A stretch of 63,769 nucleotides of DNA, counting the filler, from Octopus bimaculoides (lineage: Eukaryota), in assembly GCF_001194135.2 (NCBI RefSeq). It is 4 parts of 3 records of this genome, joined end to end, with 100 filler letters (N's around TTAATTAATTAA, not from the genome) between each part and the next. Parts side by side here need not be neighbours in the genome. Positions count along the whole stretch, not along the records: positions 25,509 to 39,739 come from NC_068986.1; positions 39,840 to 48,851 come from NC_068987.1; positions 48,952 to 63,769 come from NC_068981.1; 1 more part is not named here. The stretch is one strand, 5' to 3'. The notes beneath the pieces were generated by a model. That model was given only the letters and a program-made list of their open reading frames with translations, was not told the DNA's origin and made no database searches. The position numbers were made by a program, and so were the translations under genes. Positions 36,414 through 48,978 of this stretch are shown in pieces (position 1 is the first letter of the stretch; every line of letters begins with the position of its first letter).

Positions 36414-37747
36414 NNNNNNNNNNNNNNNNNNNNNNNNNNNNNNNNNNNNNNNNNNNNNNNNNNNNNNNNNNNNNNNNNNNNNNNNNNNNNNNNNNNNNNN
36501 NNNNNNNNNNNNNNNNNNNNNNNNNNNNNNNNNNNNNNNNNNNNNNNNNNNNNNNNNNNNNNNNNNNNNNNNNNNNNNNNNNNNNNNNNNNNNNNNNNNN
36601 NNNNNNNNNNNNNNNNNNNNNNNNNNNNNNNNNNNNNNNNNNNNNNNNNNNNNNNNNNNNNNNNNNNNNNNNNNNNNNNNNNNNNNNNNNNNNNNNNNNN
36701 NNNNNNNNNNNNNNNNNNNNNNNNNNNNNNNNNNNNNNNNNNNNNNNNNNNNNNNNNNNNNNNNNNNNNNNNNNNNNNNNNNNNNNNNNNNNNNNNNNNN
36801 NNNNNNNNNNNNNNNNNNNNNNNNNNNNNNNNNNNNNNNNNNNNNNNNNNNNNNNNNNNNNNNNNNNNNNNNNNNNNNNNNNNNNNNNNNNNNNNNNNNN
36901 NNNNNNNNNNNNNNNNNNNNNNNNNNNNNNNNNNNNNNNNNNNNNNNNNNNNNNNNNNNNNNNNNNNNNNNNNNNNNNNCTTCAGGGAAATGCATGGGAA
37001 CCTGCTTAAACGTAAGACAGTTTAACCGAATATGAGAACTGTAGTTGGTGAAGATTGTTACGTAACATATGTTGGAAATAAAAGTATTCAGTTAACATAT
37101 GCGTTTTACTCCATTTACTAAACTTACATATACTCAAGTACCCAAAATAACAAGGAGTTTCTACCTCATAAACAGGAGTTACACCACAGTCATGTTGTGA
37201 TCTTTGCTACCCTGGTATCTATTAACCAATTTATTTTGTCTGAGTTAATTATTAACTAGGAGAAAATAAATACATATAATATATATATATATATATAAAA
37301 TGGAACAAAAACGCAATAGAGGGAAATAAAACAACCGGACAGATAGACGATACAAGGGCGGACAGGAAAATCAACAATCAGAGAGACAGGAAAAAAAGGA
37401 CGGTCCATTTGTCGCCTTCTTTCGTCAATTAAGTTACCAGATGGCCTTACTCTTTCGGGCTGTTACAATAGAGACTATTCGATTTTCTATACTTCGAAAA
37501 AGTATAAGCTAAGCGCATTAGATTTTCTCATACTTCGTCCTCTTTTTTTTTACTCGCTCTCCTTCTCTCACATTTCTAGTTCCTATCTTTTTGTGATTAT
37601 ATTAAGTTAGTTTGCATTTCCAAACTTCCAACAGATTTATTGATAGAACGCAATAAGATTATTGAACCTGCAATAATTGACTCATAGATATAAACTTTGT
37701 TTCTTAAACTCATGATTTATGTCAATAATATTTTTGTTTACTTTCAG

Positions 37748-37797
37748 TTCAAGATCAAGAGACCAAATATCCAACTAGAGTAAACTCCTTCCACTCG
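37748..37797 (+). CDS. Candidate 50-nt micro-exon (frame unresolved)
   Basis: ttttgtttactttcag|TT...TCG|gtaagt. Phase 1 reads QDQETKYPTRVNSFHS (open); phase 0 reads FKIKRPNIQLE*. Confidence 0.5.
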
Positions 37798-38556
37798 GTA
37801 AGTAGGCTCATTGTAACCTGATTAGTATATATATATACATATATATATATATATGAATACATACACACACACACGCGTAAGCGCGCATGTATATATATAT
37901 ANNNNNNNNNNNNNNNNNNNNNNNNNNNNNNNNNNNNNNNNNNNNNNNNNNNNNNNNNNNNNNNNNNNNNNNNNNNNNNNNNNNNNNNNNNNNNNNNNNN
38001 NNNNNNNNNNNNNNNNNNNNNNNNNNNNNNNNNNNNNNNNNNNNNNNNNNNNNNNNNNNNNNNNNNNNNNNNNNNNNNNNNNNNNNNNNNNNNNNNNNNN
38101 NNNNNNNNNNNNNNNNNNNNNNNNNNNNNNNNNNNNNNNNNNNNNNNNNNNNNNNNNNNNNNNNNNNNNNNNNNNNNNNNNNNNNNNNNNNNNNNNNNNN
38201 NNNNNNNNNNNNNNNNNNNNNNNNNNNNNNNNNNNNNNNNNNNNNNNNNNNNNNNNNNNNNNNNNNNNNNNNNNNNNNNNNNNNNNNNNNNNNNNNNNNN
38301 NNNNNNNNNNNNNNNNNNNNNNNNNNNNNNNNNNNNNNNNNNNNNNNNNNNNNNNNNNNNNNNNNNNNNNNNNNNNNNNNNNNNNNNNNNNNNNNNNNNN
38401 NNNNNNNNNNNNNNNNNNNNNNNNNNNNNNNNNNNNNNNNNNNNNNNNNNNNNNNNNNNNNNNNNNNNNNNNNNNNNNNNNNNNNNNNNNNNNNNNNNNN
38501 NNNNNNNNNNNNNNNNNNNNNNNNNNNNNNNNNNNNNNNNNNNNNNNNNNNNNNNN

Positions 38557-38598
<42 letters not shown>

Positions 38599-39249
38599 AA
38601 GGAGTATGCATACACATGCATATTTAAGTATATCCATATATCAATACAAACACACATATATTTGAGGGTATAGATAATAACCAGGTGATCATCTCACCAT
38701 ACCAGTATTTCATGCGGTAAGCAGGCTAGCAATGTTGGAACAGCAGTAGAAAATTTACGAGTTTTGATTTACCGTAAAATGAAAAGCTATACTTTGATCA
38801 CTTATTAAAGTAGTTCTCGGCCAATCCAAGGCATGCATATAAAAGTCTTATTTTATAATTCTCACAAGGTTAATATCAATAATTTTAATTGAAATACGGA
38901 AAATTCAAATCAAGGACACGTACGTTTCAATGAACGTACACTATTTATTTCTTAATACATACAAAATTTTGAAATTCTAAAACAATTTAGAGTTCATTCA
39001 CTTTCTCAAACATAACAATTTTCATTCACAATTTCTTCACAGTCCGAACACACATCTTCCTCTCAGTAACAGCTTGGTTTGTGAAATGATTTCTGATGAC
39101 ATTTTTTTACGCACCCAGAGAAATTTTTTTTCTTAAGACAGTTAAGTGAGGAACAATGACTGACTTGCATCCTGAATAGTGAATGTGTGTGTGTACGTGT
39201 GCTTGCGCGTGTGTGTGTGCGTGTGCGTGCGCGCGTGTGTGTTTGTGTA

Positions 39250-39280
<31 letters not shown>

Positions 39281-39330
39281 ATGTATGTATGTATGTGTGT
39301 GTGTGTATTTCATTCTTTTGCGCCTTTCAG

Positions 39331-39561
39331 CCCAATCCAAAAGACTGGTCTTGCTGGGGCACCGCCATTATCATCACTTTTTCAATGGCCATTTTCTTGT
39401 ACTTGGGTTTTGGTGGAAGAAGGGTTTTGATATTACTGACCGCCGTTGAGTTTCTTGTCGTGATGTACATTCATCTGGGATACTGGACAGTAGAAAGTCA
39501 TGTTGCTTCTTTGGAACATCTACTGACACTCTACATAGATCTTTCATGTTTTTTGGGCAAG
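39331..39561 (+). CDS. Possible 231-nt hydrophobic exon (or T-rich UTR)
   Basis: tttcattcttttgcgcctttcag|CCC...AAG|gtacca; phase 0 to 0, open for 77 codons (PNPKDWSCWGTAIIITFSMAIFLYLGFGGRRVLILLTAVEFLVVMYIHLGYW...). T-rich DNA gives such ORFs by chance. Confidence 0.3.
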
Positions 39562-39703
39562 GTACCAAGTAGCGGTTGCCCTTATATATATTTATATATA
39601 CTTGCATATGTATGTATTTATATACAAATTCATACGTATTCACTGACACAAATATATGTACATGTGTAAAAATGCGTATATGCACACACACACATACACA
39701 CAC

Positions 39704-39739
<36 letters not shown>

Positions 39740-40189
39740 NNNNNNNNNNNNNNNNNNNNNNNNNNNNNNNNNNNNNNNNNNNNTTAATTAATTAANNNNN
39801 NNNNNNNNNNNNNNNNNNNNNNNNNNNNNNNNNNNNNNNATATATATATATATATATATATACATACATGTATATATATACACATACATATATATATACA
39901 TATGTGTATATACATATACACATATATAAATTTGCGCCACTTATGACATAGACTTCTCCCCCACACTTTTTATTTACTGTTTAATTAATACTTTATTTAC
40001 ATCAACACCTATAACGGTCTTAGCTTGCCCTTGGTTTTAAATTTAACCGACCAATTATAGAGTTGGCTGGACTTTTGTCAATTCCATTAAGGGTAACAGG
40101 CGGTTGGTCTTTGGAATATATCAGTAAGTACACTACTGTAAGAGCATTACAGGCTTCTTTTGGATAAATAGTAATTAGCACTGTTTACG

Positions 40190-40525
40190 AAATCAACGGA
40201 ACAGCCTGCTCATAAAATTAACGTGCAAGTGGCTGAGCATTCCACAGACACCTGTACCCTTAACATAGTTCTCAGATAGATTCAGCGTGACACAGTGTGT
40301 GATAAGGCTGGCCCTTTGAAATACAGGTACAACAGAAACAAGACGAAAGAGTGAGAGAAAGTTGTAGTGAAAGAGTACAGCAGGGTTCGCCATCATTTCC
40401 TGCCGGAGCCTCGTGGAGCTTTAGGTGTTTTCGCTCAAGAAAGACTCACAACGCCTGGTCTGGGAATCGAAACCATGATCCAATGGCCGCAAGTCCACTG
40501 CCCTAACCACTGGACCATTGCGCCT

Positions 40526-40527
<2 letters not shown>
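40190..40527 (-). mobile_element. SINE family A, tail-truncated
   Basis: Same head and body as 2331-2718. Confidence 0.88.
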
Positions 40528-40595
<68 letters not shown>

Positions 40596-40597
<2 letters not shown>

Positions 40598-40775
40598 GAT
40601 CGCTGACTACTACATTTATATATTTCTCTCCTTATTTCTTTCTGTGTTCCTTTCAGTTGAAGAGCGTAGGCTCGAAACGTCAAAGACTTTCTCTATTCCC
40701 GAGCGTTAAACTAATACATCCATTTGTTGTTTACACCACCTGTCTTCGTCTGTTGTTTTTTTCGTAAATTCTCCC
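40596..40775 (+). mobile_element. Same hammerhead-like element (copy 2)
   Basis: CTTTCAGTTGAAGAGCGTAGGCTCGAAACGTCAAAG at 40650-40685; (TA)n on both sides. Confidence 0.8.
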
Positions 40776-42307
40776 ATATATATATCCGTTCATATACACA
40801 TGCACACACACATACATGCATACACACACACATACACTCACACACGTATACATATGCATATATACATACACACACATACATATATATATTATAAGAAAAT
40901 TCTTGAATCCTATATAAAATCAAGGAAGCTGAAATGAGAAGTGGGTTCATTTGTGCTCCCTAGATAACTGTTGGGTGATTAATTATATTTGTATAGATTT
41001 ATTGTTTTAGCTAAGAATCTCTGCTTGTACAAAATTGAAAAGCTCTTCAGAAACTAAATGTCTTGAATTTGTAAAAACTGTGAAGTCATTTCAGAATATT
41101 TAGTCAGGATTCAAACATTTTAAAATAAATCTGCTTTTTAACAGCTAAAGTAAGTTGTCCATGAAATATAATGTCAAAGAATGTTTGTTTGTGTGTGTGT
41201 GTGTGTCAAACACAACTCCCCTGTGGCATATCTGTGCCACCGGTTTAGACAATCGCTTGTCAGTCTCATCATCAGAATGTGGACCAACGATCAGTATCTT
41301 GGAAACCTACAACCAAACGACGCTACATTTCATAAAACGTATGATATCATCATCATCATTTAACGTCTATTTTCGAAGCTGGCATGGGTTGGATGGTTTG
41401 ATATGACCCAGTGAACCATAGGGCTACATCAGGCTCAAGTGTCAGCTTTGGCATGGTTTTTTTATGGCTGGATGCCCTTCCTAACACCAACCACTTTACT
41501 GGGTGCTTTTTCATGCAACCAACATGAAAAAATTAAAATAACTGCTAAGCACAAATGTTTAAAGCAATGAAAATTCAACAAAAAAAATTGTAAATAAATA
41601 GTATTTTATTATAATATTTAAACATTAATGAAAGCTCATTTATAAATTTATTACCAGTGAATGTCCAAACTTGTTCTGTTTCCCCGGTAAGATAATGTTA
41701 GATATATTTATGTATATATATACGTATATATATATGCATAAATATATATATAAAACAACAAAATCAAACATATGAACAGAATACAAACGGAAAATATGGA
41801 AATGCTTTTAACATTTTCCAATGATGATTAAACCAAACAGAAGATGACCTTGTAGCGTTGTCAAAGAGAATGTTAAAAAAAAGAGCGAGAGGAAGAGGGA
41901 AAAAGAGAACGGAAGAAATGGTAAAAAAAAAAAATATCAAAATTTTAAAAAATAAGTGATGAAAAAAATTTTGGTAAGTTTCGAAACTGAAGGAGGGTTT
42001 ACTGTTTGGTCGTTAAAAATGCTTTGTTCCTCCCCACCCTTCACTCCACCNNNNNNNNNNNNNNNNNNNNNNNNNNNNNNNNNNNNNNNNNNNNNNNNNN
42101 NNNNNNNNNNNAAAATATTAGTTCTTTGTAAAATGTATCCACATTTTTAGCCTGCTCTTCTCTCTGGTCAGACCCCACCCCTGTGGGGAGGGATTCTCTT
42201 TTATTGTCCTTCTTGGTTGTAATTCTGTGGATAACGGAAACGGATCCAAAGTTGGATTCTAAAACAGGTGAAAATAACACAATACAAAAAAGAAGTAACA
42301 AATAATG

Positions 42308-42350
<43 letters not shown>

Positions 42351-42368
42351 TGATGATGGTGTTCATTT

Positions 42369-43233
42369 TTAGGCCGATTCCGAGGTAACCATATTGTGTT
42401 TCTGTAAAGTTCTCATTGATAAATCTTGTGGTTCATCCTGTTCTTTGATTTTGATAGCTAACGACCAGTTCGGTGAAGTTACTTTGTGGCATTCATTCAT
42501 CTGTGGACTAAGTTTATTGTTGTATTGTTCATAGTAATTTTCTGTTTTAATGTCTGCCGGATGGATGAAGTTAGATGGGACCATACCACCATCTGTGTGT
42601 TTGTTATTGGTTTCTGTTGTTGTAGCTGATGTGGCGGGTATCGTTAAGGTGGTGGATGTGATGGGAGCAGTAGTGGTGATGGGGCTGGTGTTTGTGTTAG
42701 TCATTAGCGATGGCAGTGATGGGGATGGTGTACTCGGAACGGCTGGTATTATGGGAGGAGAGGAAGACCTCTTTATATAGTCTGGGCTTTTAGGAAGGAT
42801 AAATTTTAACCTTGATTCATTAAGATTTGATGGTTTTGTTGAGTTTTCCACAGAAATCTGAGATATTTTTTTCATCAGTAAACTATCTTCACCATTACCA
42901 ATAATGGGGTTACCATTAACCATGGAGTTGTCCGTGAAAAAACTTGTGCCATTTAAATTTTGAGAAGATGGCAGCAAAACAATGTTATTTGTGATTGCTT
43001 TGCCTGTGTGACAATTAACACCGTTGTCTACAGAAGGTTCTCGAATCTCCGGTACCATATTATCCATCATATGAGATGGTTGGTTCAACTGGTAGACGTT
43101 GTTCACATTGGCCTGTGACAATGACAAGTGTTTCATATATGAAGAATTTGTCATGGAATTGTATGAATCTGTCTTATACTGTGGTCGGGCACCACGCTGA
43201 CCCTTCTTTATGTCTTTCGGTGGGTGCATAAAT
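42369..43233 (-). CDS. ETV6: Terminal exon of the ETS gene (end of ETS domain plus ~285 aa S/T/N/P-rich tail)
   Basis: Acceptor tttctttccag|A completes the CAA codon, giving RLTYQ-FMHPPKDI (compare ETV6 RLLFRFMKTPDEI). Open to TAA at 42371-42369. Confidence 0.9.
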
Positions 43234-43919
43234 CTGGAAAGAAAGAAAAAAATACAGATAAATATATACATAAATTATGAATTTCTATTTTTAAAAAATG
43301 TCGAAGGTTCTGTATTTCTGTACAAATAAGTCTGTGCATTAACTTATTATTTTCCAAATGATGTACTTTTCTTGAATGAACATCCTCCTCATCATTATTT
43401 AATGTCCATTTACCATGCTGGCATGGGTTGGACAGTTTGACAGAAGTTGGTCAACCAGTGAGACCTGCCTAGCCTCCTATCGTCTCTTTTGAAAGGGTTT
43501 CTACCGCTGGATGTCTTTCCTAACATGAACCACTTTACAGAGCATACTGGGTGCATCTTATATGGCACCAGCATGGAATTGTGTGGTTAAGCACACTGTT
43601 TTATAGATTATTCAAGTTGAATAATCATTCTATCATTAATTGTTATGACAGTACTGGTTCCGTGTGAGTAACATTATGGTCTAGTGAAATTTTGTTACCA
43701 AACTGCAGTCTTTCTCTTACAGTATTTCTTTAAAATGAACAAGTTTCAAATGAGAATGGAAAAATTTGAGTTCAGTAATTTTCTCTATATTAACCACTCC
43801 ATCTTCTGAAATATTTCCATGAGCAGTCACAAGATCAATCTTTGTAGTAAGTGACTGGAATGGTTGATTAAATCAACTACAGAAATGATGAGTACAAATC
43901 TAATGCAGTGTGGGTAAGA

Positions 43920-44150
43920 AAGGCGATGAGCTGGCAGAATCGTTAGCACGCCGGATGAAATGCTTAGCGGTATTTCGTCTGCCATTACGTTCTGAGTTCA
44001 AATTCCGCCGAGGTCGACTTTGCCTTTCATCCTTTTGGGGTCGATAAATTAAGTACCAGTTACGCACTGGGGTCAATGTAATCAACTTAATCCCTTTGTC
44101 TGTCCTTGTTTGTCCCCTCTATGTTTAGCCCCTTGTGGGCAATAAAAAAA
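43920..44150 (+). mobile_element. Young SINE family C copy
   Basis: Head GGCGATGAGCTGGCAGAATCGTTAGCACGCCGG, B-box GAGTTCAAATTCC, CpGs intact. Other copies at 58015-58225 (-), 4435-4625 (+) and 35095-35260 (+). Confidence 0.88.
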
Positions 44151-44947
44151 TAAGAAGTTTGCTTTGCAGCTATGTAGTTTTGGGTTCATTCCTACTGTAT
44201 TGCAGTTTGGTATCTTCTGTCAGAGGCCTGGGTTGACCAATGCCTTATGAATGAAATTTAGCAGAGAGAAACAATGAAACAACCAAGCTGGAGGGACCAG
44301 GTGCAGTGACCTCGCCACTGGTTGCATTTAATGGGGTCCCCTCTGTTACAAGTATTTGAGCATGGTAAATTCAACCCATTTTTTGAGCAGTTTCAGAGGT
44401 TCTTCATGAATATTGCCCTTCATCAACTGATTAACTTATTAACCCTCAATGCACCTAAAAAACAGGAAAACCCTGAAGGATGAACCTAAACCATGTGAGG
44501 CATTCGTTTTGATGCTTCACCATTTCTTCTGAATACATCATCCTTACTCTCTTGAATATCATCATCATCATCATCAGCAGTAGCATTGTCATTTAATGTC
44601 CATTTTCCATAGTGGCATGGGGTGGGCAGTTTGACAGGATCTGGTGAACTACAAGACTGTGACAAGTTCCAGGGCCAGCTTTGGTAAAAGTTTCTATAGC
44701 TGGATGCTTGTCTCATGAAACTAGTACAAGTGAGGTCACTATGTAACTTGCTAGACAAGAGAAGAGCAGAAAAAAAAAACGGAAAAACCCCCCACTCCCC
44801 TTAACAAAGTGGGGGAAAGTATTTGAGAGGTGGAAGATGGCTCTATGCTTGGTATCAAGAGGCTAAATGGAGAAGCACAGATGTCTAGCTATAACAGAGA
44901 TACATGGCTACCTAAAAGACAATATAAATAAAATGATTGAAACTTAC

Positions 44948-45191
44948 TGATATGTCAGCCGTTTTCCAGGTACTTTCCTGATGATATCCATTTTGTAATA
45001 ATAGCGTAGGGCACGTGAAAGCTTTTCGTATGTCATGGTTGAACGACTTTTCTGTGCCCCCCACAATTCAGCAAGGCCATGAGGATTAACAATTCGAAAT
45101 ATATACTGTTGCTCATCTTCCCAGCAAATGAAGCTGCTGTTCTTTTTGTTCAATAACAAATGGTAGATGAATTCCCATAGCAAGCGACAAT
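44948..45191 (-). CDS. ETV6: ETS DNA-binding domain exon, ETV6/ETV7 (TEL)/yan(aop) class
   Basis: Reads (D)[80 protein letters not shown](Q), closely matching the ETV6 ETS domain as I recall it (DCRLLWDYVYQLL...FRIVDPNGLARLWG..K.R..MTYEKMSRALRHYYK..IIRKEPGQRL). Acceptor ttttgcag|AT, donor CA|gtaagt; phase 1 to 2. The ETS family is certain; the ETV6/7-yan subfamily is likely. Confidence 0.93.
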
Positions 45192-45665
45192 CTGCAAAAA
45201 AATTAGAAGGAAATATTTTTGAAACACTCTTATAAACAACATAAGTGCAGGCATGGCTGTGTGGTTTAAGAAGCTCACTTCACAACTATGTGGATTCAAG
45301 TTCAGTCCCACTGTGCAGCACCTTGGGCAAGTGTCTTTTATTATAGCTCTGGGCTTATCAAAGCCTTTTGAGGGAATTTGATACATGGAAACTGTGTGGA
45401 AGCCTGTTGCTTATAAATATATCTACATGTATGTGTGTGTGTGTGTAAATATATTTATATAAAGTTCATTCCCTAGCTACTCAGAGTTTCATGGATTAAT
45501 TCAGAATATTTGAGTTGAATCATCAAAGTTTAATTTTATATAAACAAAATAATTTGCACAACATGTATTGAGTACTTCTTTTTCTCATTTGGAGTTCTAA
45601 ACCCCACCACCACCATCACCACACACATGATGGAAAGAGAAAAAGTAGGTGTACATACATTTTTC

Positions 45666-45898
45666 TTAACCCTTTAGCATTCAGATTTCTTTGTCAAAAT
45701 GTTTTGCTTATTTGTTCACATTGTTTTGAACTAATCATGCATTATCTTGTAACTTTAAAGATTCCAATGGTGTTTTTGTATATTTTTACAATGGCATTGT
45801 AGGGTAGGTGTGAGAGTTTGGATGTGGTCAGTTTTAACATAAAACAGGTGGGAATATTCGGGCAGGATATGGGTGGATTAAATACTAAAGGATTTAAT
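45666..45898. mobile_element. TTAA-flanked (piggyBac-type) MITE
   Basis: TTAA|CCCTTTAGCATT...AATACTAAAGGATTTAA. The reverse-orientation copy at 4943-5165 sits in a TTAA site of a SINE B. Confidence 0.75.
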
Positions 45899-45938
45899 AT
45901 TAAGATGTTCCAAAATGAATTAGTCTAAAACTACATAC

Positions 45939-46043
45939 CTGAGTCTCGCTTTGTTGTATGCATGCCATTTTGTGGTTCTGAATGTGTTTCAAAGTTGTTA
46001 TTTTCTTTAGAATCGGTTTCTTGGAGATCTTGTGTTTCCATAT
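45939..46043 (-). CDS. ETV6: Exon upstream of the ETS domain (acidic linker)
   Basis: ttccaatattacag|AT...TCAG|gtatgt; 105 nt, phase 1 to 1, reads (D)METQDLQETDSKENNNFETHSEPQNGMHTTKRDS. The terminal G joins AT to give the D of DCRLLW. Confidence 0.8.
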
Positions 46044-48664
46044 CTGTAATATTGGAAAATAGACAACATTGAGCAGGAACAGGTAGAACATGTGACATGA
46101 AAAAAAAGGGAAAAGTTGGAATATTAACAGGCACTCTGTTAGTTATGATGATGATGGTTCTGGTTGATTCCATCAACAGAATAACCTGCTTGTAAAATTA
46201 ATGTGCAAGTGGCTGAGCACTCCACAGACACCCGTACCCTCAACATAATTTTCAGGGAGATTCAGCGTGATACTGGATGTGATAAGGTTGGCCCTTTTGA
46301 ATTACTGGTACTACTCATTTTTGCCAGCTGAGTAGACTGGGGCAATGTGAAATAAAGTGACTTGGTCATAGACACAAACATCACCGGGAATCGAACTCAT
46401 GACTTTACGATCACAAGCTAAATTCCTTAACCACTGAGTCACGCGCCTTCACTGATGATGATGATAGTGATGAAGATAAATAGATAAAAGGCAAAGTGGA
46501 TCCCAGAGGCCTTGTTCCAAGAGTAGAAATAATTATTAAATATAATCTAATAGATTATCCTATTTGGTGGCATAAAAGACACAAGGACATATAAGATGCA
46601 CCCTAGTTTCAGCAGTTCATATTCAAGAAGAAATGTTTTTAGTACATTAAAGCTTTTGGGAAGCTCAGCTTCACATAAAGGATCTGGGGGAGATATTTTG
46701 TAACTTCTTTAGAAAACAAGTTCATCAAATAAACAGTTCAAATATGGTAAACCAACTGAATGTGCTTCATTTACTGCCTTACAAAAAATGTGTTTTATTA
46801 AAAAAAAATAGAAACATTATTTCTCATCGGTTTTGATATCATAGAGGTTGCCAATTCTACAGAGGGTTAGACAGGGTGTTTTTACAGCATTTAAAACACC
46901 TCTTAGAGTTCAAATACTGACAATCACCACCACCACCACCACCATCACCACTACCACCACCATCACCACTACCACCATCATCATTATCGTCTAAATGTCC
47001 ATTTTGCCATGCTTGCCTGGGTTAGACGGATTTTATTGAGACAGATTTCCTACAGCTGGATGCCCTTCCTATCACCAACCCTATGGCCAGACATACTTTC
47101 ACAGAATGTTGGAAAGGAATGACACTGCTTGTATGACAGTGACACTCATTTACAACAATCACATGATGTCAAGAGAAAGCGACACACACACACACACACA
47201 CGCACACACGCACACACGCATGTATAGTGCCAATATTCATCATCATCATCATCATCATCATCGTTTAACGTCCGCTTTCCATGCTAGCATGGGTTGGACG
47301 ATTTGACTGAGGACTGGTGAAACCGGATGGCAACACCAGGCTCCAGTCTGATTTGGCAGAGTTTCTACAGCTGGATGCCCTTCCTAACGCCAACCACTCA
47401 GAGAGTGATAATGATAATTACTGCAGACACTCTACTAAGGAGTATAGGAGTGGTGTCTGTTATCAGCCAAACAGACTGAGATAACAGTTTCTGAAAAACA
47501 TATCCTGTATGTTTAAAGAGATCATGAGGTCACCATTAAAAGTTTCATCAGTTTGTCATTTGAAAAATCAAGATTGGCAGAGTAGAACCATCCCTCTCTA
47601 CTTGGAAATCAATTACAAAGAAGAAGATCTGTTAAGCCTAGTGAAATTGTAGTAGTGGCTGATGCTGGTGACACGTAACTGGCACCCATGCAAAAAAGCA
47701 CCTTTCAAACGTTGGGCCCTGTGAAAGCAATGACAAATGACTGAAACCTTTAGCAATATGCTGTGCTTGAGAAGAAAACCCATCAAGCAAAGTGAAATCG
47801 TAGTTGTGGCAGAAACTGGTGTCATGCCGGTGACACGTAAAAGCACCCATTACACTCTTGGAGTGGTTGGCATTAGGAAGGATATCCAGCTGTAGAAACC
47901 ATTCCAAATCAGACTTGAGTCTAGTGCAGCCCCTCAGGTTATCAGCCCTGGCCAAAACAATCTAACTCATACCAGCATAGACAACGGTCATTAAATGATA
48001 AAGATGATGATGATAATGAAGAAAAGTGGAATTGTTTAACCAGAAATTGAAACTGCACAACATAATTGACAATAGGGCATCACCATTTTGCAGTGGTCCC
48101 TCCCATGAACAGTAATTTAATTATGCAAGAACCTACCTTCATTGTCTGTAACAGAACTGGATTCTGATGGTACACTTTCGCCATCTGTACAGCTGGGTGG
48201 ACTGGAAACATCTGAAGTGAAGAGAAAGTAAAAGTCAAATTAAATATCATTTAATTATAATATATCTAATCATCATCATTCTTTTTACTCATCATCCGTA
48301 CTGGCATGTATATATATATATATATATTTATAGATAGATATGTATGTATAAATATATATGCATATGATCTGATCACATGATCGACCAGACTATCGGATGT
48401 TGTTATACATCACTGGTCACAATGCGCTTTGCATCGTTTTAGCTTTTGAATGATGCCACCCAACTGGCTAGACAAGCAGGCCGACATTTCTCCTGATCAG
48501 AACACTAGTTGATTGCATGGTCACCCATTTGCAGTTGAGTGAACTGGAGCAACATGAAATGAAGTGTTTTGCTCAAGAACACAACATGCCACTTAGCCTA
48601 GGAATTGAACCCATGGTCTAGCAGTTGTGAGAGCAAGACCCTGACCACTAGGCCATGTGCCTTC

Positions 48665-48682
48665 ACATACATATACATACAT

Positions 48683-48716
<34 letters not shown>

Positions 48717-48851
48717 ATATACATATATATATATATACACATATATATATATATATACACATATATATATATATACACATATATATATATATATATACAC
48801 ACATATATATATATATATACACATATATATATATATATATACACACATATA
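48665..48851. repeat. Compound (TA)nCAC minisatellite; one example of many (TA)n, (CA)n, (TATG)n, (GATA)n and (AAT)n tracts
   Basis: Repeated ACACATATATAT(AT)n units. Similar tracts flank almost every N gap. Confidence 0.9.
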
Positions 48852-48978
48852 NNNNNNNNNNNNNNNNNNNNNNNNNNNNNNNNNNNNNNNNNNNNTTAAT
48901 TAATTAANNNNNNNNNNNNNNNNNNNNNNNNNNNNNNNNNNNNNNNNNNNNCTCTCTCTCTCTCTCTCTCTCTCTCTC

